Source: an uncultured Eubacteriales bacterium
GTDB lineage: Bacteria; Bacillota; Clostridia; Christensenellales; Aristaeellaceae
Direction of reading: 5' to 3'
Length of the DNA stretch: 55,916 nucleotides
Assembly: GCA_902778045.1 (NCBI GenBank)
Contig: CACYWI010000003.1
Location: forward strand, 1-55,916
This document shows, one piece after another, positions 52,785 to 55,916 of this stretch (position 1 is the first letter of the stretch; each line of letters opens with the position of its first letter). Below the pieces are notes generated by a model, which saw nothing but the letters and a program-made list of their open reading frames with translations, made no database searches and was not told where the DNA came from. Made by a program: the position numbers and the translations under genes.

Positions 52785-53885
52785 TCATGCCCCTGAAAAC
52801 AGCCCCAGGCACGTACCGCACAGCATCACATCCAGCATCAGCGCCGCCGCGCACAGCGCCATCAGCATGCCAGCCACGTCGCCGAAGCCGGCGGTGATCC
52901 GGGCAATGCCATCGTCCGCGACGGGCTCGATGGCGGCGGCGGCCAGCTTCAGCGACACCGCCTGCGCCAGCAGCCGCGCCAACGCTCCGGCGCACACGGA
53001 TGCCGCAAGCGCCACCCCCGCGGCGCCGACCGCACCCTTTGCCAGGGACGCGCTCTGCACCAGCGCCCCGGCGGAATCCGACAGGCTGCGCCCGATAAAC
53101 GGTATGGCGCTTCGCAGCGCCGCGCGGACGGCACGGGTGGACGCGCCGTCCTGCAGGGCGGCCAAGCGGCCCTCCGCCGACACGAGCGCCCCAAAGCCCG
53201 CGCACAGCAGCCCGGCGCAAAGCGTCGTCCACCTTTTGAGCAGCGCGAACAGCCGGTCCAGACGCAGGCGCTCCGAGAGGCCGCCGGCGATGTTGACCGT
53301 CGCCGCCACGGCGCACAGCGGCACCCCCGCGTCCTTGAGCACGTTTTCGATGATGTCCACGCACAGCGCGGAGGCCGGCGTCAGCGCCGCGGCGACGCCG
53401 CCCTCGCCGGTCAGGGTCAGCGCCGTCGCCAGCACCGGCGACAGGGCGTCCGCCGCCTTCGACAGCGCCGCCATGGTCTCCCGCGCACTTTGCAGCGCGT
53501 CGGCGCAGACCGTGGCCAGTGACAGGGCGCAGCTCAGCCGGCACAACAGCGCCAAGGGGCCATCCCGCCTGCCCAGCAGCAGGCGCAGCAGCAGAACGGC
53601 CAGCACCGGCACGGCCACGGAACGCAGCGCGAACAGCAGCCGCGTTTTCACGGAGCCGAGCAGACCGCGAAGCGCGCCGACCGCGCCTTCGATATCGAGG
53701 GCCGGCTCCCCGGCGAACACCCTTCGGGCGATATCCGCCGGGCTTTTCGCGCCCAGGGCCTCCGCGGCGCTCTCCAGTCGCCCCATGCCGGCGCGGGCCA
53801 GCCATTCCCCCGAAGCGGCTTCGGCTCGGGCCGCGGGCAGGGCCAGGAGCAGCAGCGCCCACAGCAGCGCCAGCCGCCTTACCAC
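52785..53885 (-). CDS. spoIIIAE: stage III sporulation protein AE
   Basis: GTG 53885 overlaps the AD stop (GTGGTAA). Signal peptide plus a polytopic membrane protein with a typical AE repeat structure. The 484-aa track ORF is over-extended. Confidence 0.85.
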   Translation of the reverse strand: MVRRLALLWALLLLALPAARAEAASGEWLARAGMGRLESAAEALGAKSPADIARRVFAGEPALDIEGAVGALRGLLGSVKTRLLFALRSVAVPVLAVLLLRLLLGRRDGPLALLCRLSCALSLATVCADALQSARETMAALSKAADALSPVLATALTLTGEGGVAAALTPASALCVDIIENVLKDAGVPLCAVAATVNIAGGLSERLRLDRLFALLKRWTTLCAGLLCAGFGALVSAEGRLAALQDGASTRAVRAALRSAIPFIGRSLSDSAGALVQSASLAKGAVGAAGVALAASVCAGALARLLAQAVSLKLAAAAIEPVADDGIARITAGFGDVAGMLMALCAAALMLDVMLCGTCLGLFSGA

Positions 53886-54268
53886 AGCGCCTCCCGGATC
53901 AGGGACGCGAGGTCGGTCAGCAGCGGCGCGCAGAGGCCCAGCATGGCGATCCTCGAGGCCAGCGCGATCCTGCCCGCCATGGCGCTCTCCCCGGCGTCGG
54001 CGCACAGCTGCGCCCCCAGCTCCGAGAGCAGCGTGATGCCAGCCCCCTTCAGTACCACGACGCTCACGTCCTCGCCGCCCCGCATGAGGCCCGAAAGGGA
54101 TTCCGCCCAGCGCGCCAGCGCGCCGGCCTGGGTGGAAAGCAGGGCCAGCGCGGCAAGCCCGCCCGCCAGCGATACCGCCGTCGCGAGCTCGGGGCGCTGC
54201 GGGCGCAGCATGGCGCAGACCATCGCCACGGCGACGCACAGGGCCGTGACCTTTGGGATCATATCCAC
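53879..54268 (-). CDS. spoIIIAD: stage III sporulation protein AD
   Basis: 129 aa, four TM segments. KGAGITLLSELGAQLCADAGESAMAGRI is the conserved AD core. Confidence 0.85.
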   Translation of the reverse strand: MDMIPKVTALCVAVAMVCAMLRPQRPELATAVSLAGGLAALALLSTQAGALARWAESLSGLMRGGEDVSVVVLKGAGITLLSELGAQLCADAGESAMAGRIALASRIAMLGLCAPLLTDLASLIREALW

Positions 54269-54272
54269 GGGG

Positions 54273-54473
54273 CTACAGCGCGAACAGCGCGCGCATGCTG
54301 GTGAAGAAATCGGAGATCATGTTCACCACCATCATCAATACGATCACCAGCCCGGACAGCGTGGCCAGCATGGCCATGTCGTCCCGGCCCGCCCGGGACA
54401 GCAGCTGGGAAATGACCGTGACGACCACGCCGATACCGGCGATACGGAATACGAAATCAACGTCCATTGGCAA
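54273..54473 (-). CDS. spoIIIAC: stage III sporulation protein AC
   Basis: 66 aa. FRIAGIGVVVTVISQLLSRAGRDDMAMLATLSGLVIVLMMVV is the highly conserved AC sequence. Confidence 0.9.
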   Translation of the reverse strand: MPMDVDFVFRIAGIGVVVTVISQLLSRAGRDDMAMLATLSGLVIVLMMVVNMISDFFTSMRALFAL

Positions 54474-54477
54474 TCCC

Positions 54478-54984
54478 TCACACGAAGATCAGCGCCAGCA
54501 TCAATCCCACCAGAAGCCCCAGCGACATGTGCAGCCGCCCGGCCTCCGCCGCCTTCTTTTCCGCCTGGTCCCTCAGCGCCTCCATCGATTCCAGCGTCGC
54601 GCCGATCAGCGTGCCCTGCTCGGCCCTGCCGCTTTCGCCCAGGCGGTCAAACAGCCCGTCCAGCACCCGGGCGTCGGCTTCGGACAGCGCGTCCCCGGGC
54701 CCGCCGCGCCTGAGCGCCGCGGCGCGGACGGAACGCCACGCTTCCCCGGCGCTCCTGCCGCCGGCCATCCCCTCGGCCACCATCGAATACAGCGGGCAGT
54801 TGGCCGCGACCAGCGCGCTCTGGACGGGCTCCAGCATGCCCGTCATGTGGATGCGCAGCACCTTCAGGCCGTCCGTCAGGGCGCGCAGCGTGCAGCCCCT
54901 GCGCCGTGCGGCCTCGGCGGTCGCCCGCCCGCACAGCGCGCAGCCCAGCACCACGCACGCCGCCAGCGCTAAGCGCGTCTCCAT
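54478..54984 (-). CDS. spoIIIAB: stage III sporulation protein AB
   Basis: 168 aa from ATG 54984. N-terminal and C-terminal TM segments flank a helical cytoplasmic domain (LRALTDGLKVLRIHM..., LDGLFDRLGESGRAEQ). Order is AA-AB-AC. Confidence 0.8.
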   Translation of the reverse strand: METRLALAACVVLGCALCGRATAEAARRRGCTLRALTDGLKVLRIHMTGMLEPVQSALVAANCPLYSMVAEGMAGGRSAGEAWRSVRAAALRRGGPGDALSEADARVLDGLFDRLGESGRAEQGTLIGATLESMEALRDQAEKKAAEAGRLHMSLGLLVGLMLALIFV

Positions 54985-55901
54985 GCCGCCGCCCCCTCTC
55001 CGCCCTCGCGCCTCCATAGCTCCCGCAGCTGACCGGGCCTTGGCCCGAGCAGCGCCACGAAGGCCATCGTTCCAGAATCCAGCAGCTCCCGCAGGCTGGT
55101 CCGCGCGCGCAGCTGCGCAAAGCTGCCGCCGTGGGCCGTGGCCATCACCGCCACGCCGCAGCGGGCCGCGTCCTCCAGCGCCGCCGCATCGGCTGGGCCG
55201 CCGATCTCGTCGACGACGATCACCTCCGGCGACATGGCGCGAAGCATCCAACCGATGGCCTCCGCCCGGGGACAGCCGTCCATCACGTCGGCGCAGGGGC
55301 CGACATCCAGCGTAGGCACGCCCCTTCGGCAGGCCGCCAGCTCGTGGCGCTCGTCGGCGATCCCCACGCACCGCCCCAGCGTGGAAAGGCTGCGCGCCAG
55401 GTCCCGAAGCAGCGTGGTCTTTCCCCTTCCCGGCGGTGACACCAGCAGCGTTGAAGGCAGCCCTTCCTCCGCAAGCAGCCGCTTCACCAGGCCGTCCGCG
55501 CATCCGGGCAGCTGCCTGGCCACCCGGATGCAGGCGGAGCCGATCTCCCCCATGCGGATGCGCGCCCCATCGGTGACCATGCGCCCGCACACGCCCACGC
55601 GGCTGCCGTCCTCCAGTGTGAAAAAGCCCCTGTCCAGCTCCTCCTGCCGGGCGTATACGCTGTGCTCCATCAGCGCGGAAAGCAGCTCGCGCAGGCAGCC
55701 GGCCGACAGGGGCGGACCTTCGGCGATCGCGAATCCCTCGCCGATCAGCTGCGGGGGCCTGTCCGCGCGCAGGTGGATCTGGGTCAGGCTGTCACCGCGT
55801 TCCAAGAGCAGCCGCGCGGCTTCCCGGGGCAGCCGCGCCGACAGCCTTTCCACGATACCGTTCACCCGCAGCCCTCCCCTTTGCTTCGCTCCGCCCATCA
55901 T
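54969..55901 (-). CDS. spoIIIAA: stage III sporulation protein AA (secretion-type ATPase)
   Basis: Walker A SPPGRGKTTLLRD, Walker B VIVVDEIG. First gene of the cluster; its promoter lies outside the window. Confidence 0.85.
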   Translation of the reverse strand: MMGGAKQRGGLRVNGIVERLSARLPREAARLLLERGDSLTQIHLRADRPPQLIGEGFAIAEGPPLSAGCLRELLSALMEHSVYARQEELDRGFFTLEDGSRVGVCGRMVTDGARIRMGEIGSACIRVARQLPGCADGLVKRLLAEEGLPSTLLVSPPGRGKTTLLRDLARSLSTLGRCVGIADERHELAACRRGVPTLDVGPCADVMDGCPRAEAIGWMLRAMSPEVIVVDEIGGPADAAALEDAARCGVAVMATAHGGSFAQLRARTSLRELLDSGTMAFVALLGPRPGQLRELWRREGGEGAAAWRRA

Positions 55902-55916
55902 CCATACTATGGCGGC

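Overview
This is a chromosomal core region of a high-G+C (by eye about 60-65%) endospore-forming, Clostridia-type Firmicute. An Oscillospirales-like origin is only a guess. There are about 60 protein genes, mostly on the minus strand, in two classical Firmicute synteny blocks. The first is dnaG-rpoD-trmK-nif3-(COG1579 zinc-ribbon)-rnpB. The second is spoIIIAA..AH-asp23-amaP-nusB-xseA-xseB-ispA-dxs-tlyA-nadK-argR-recN. Also present are two tRNA-Ser genes, a type-A RNase P RNA, a Val T-box leader in front of valS, two OmpR/histidine-kinase systems and two tandem DD-carboxypeptidases. Further genes encode an M23 peptidase (SpoIIQ candidate), a GerMN lipoprotein, KtrAB, a GH2 glycosidase, PepF and a C69 dipeptidase. 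I see no transposase, integrase, phage, CRISPR or recognisable defence genes. The non-routine items are: (i) a LexA-box-fronted operon of dinB, an 85-aa unknown and a tandem-OB SSB-like protein; (ii) a 69-bp element present twice in inverted orientation 10.5 kb apart, in two long AT-rich palindrome-laden intergenic regions, plus a second REP-like hairpin family; (iii) a very small SpoIIIAF/SpoIIIAG pair; (iv) a RuvX ORF that reads through into DUF1292; (v) a small membrane ORF between the Val T-box and valS; (vi) a histidine kinase whose conserved N-terminus lies upstream of any canonical start codon. Many long ORFs in the supplied track are antisense or high-GC artefacts and are rejected.
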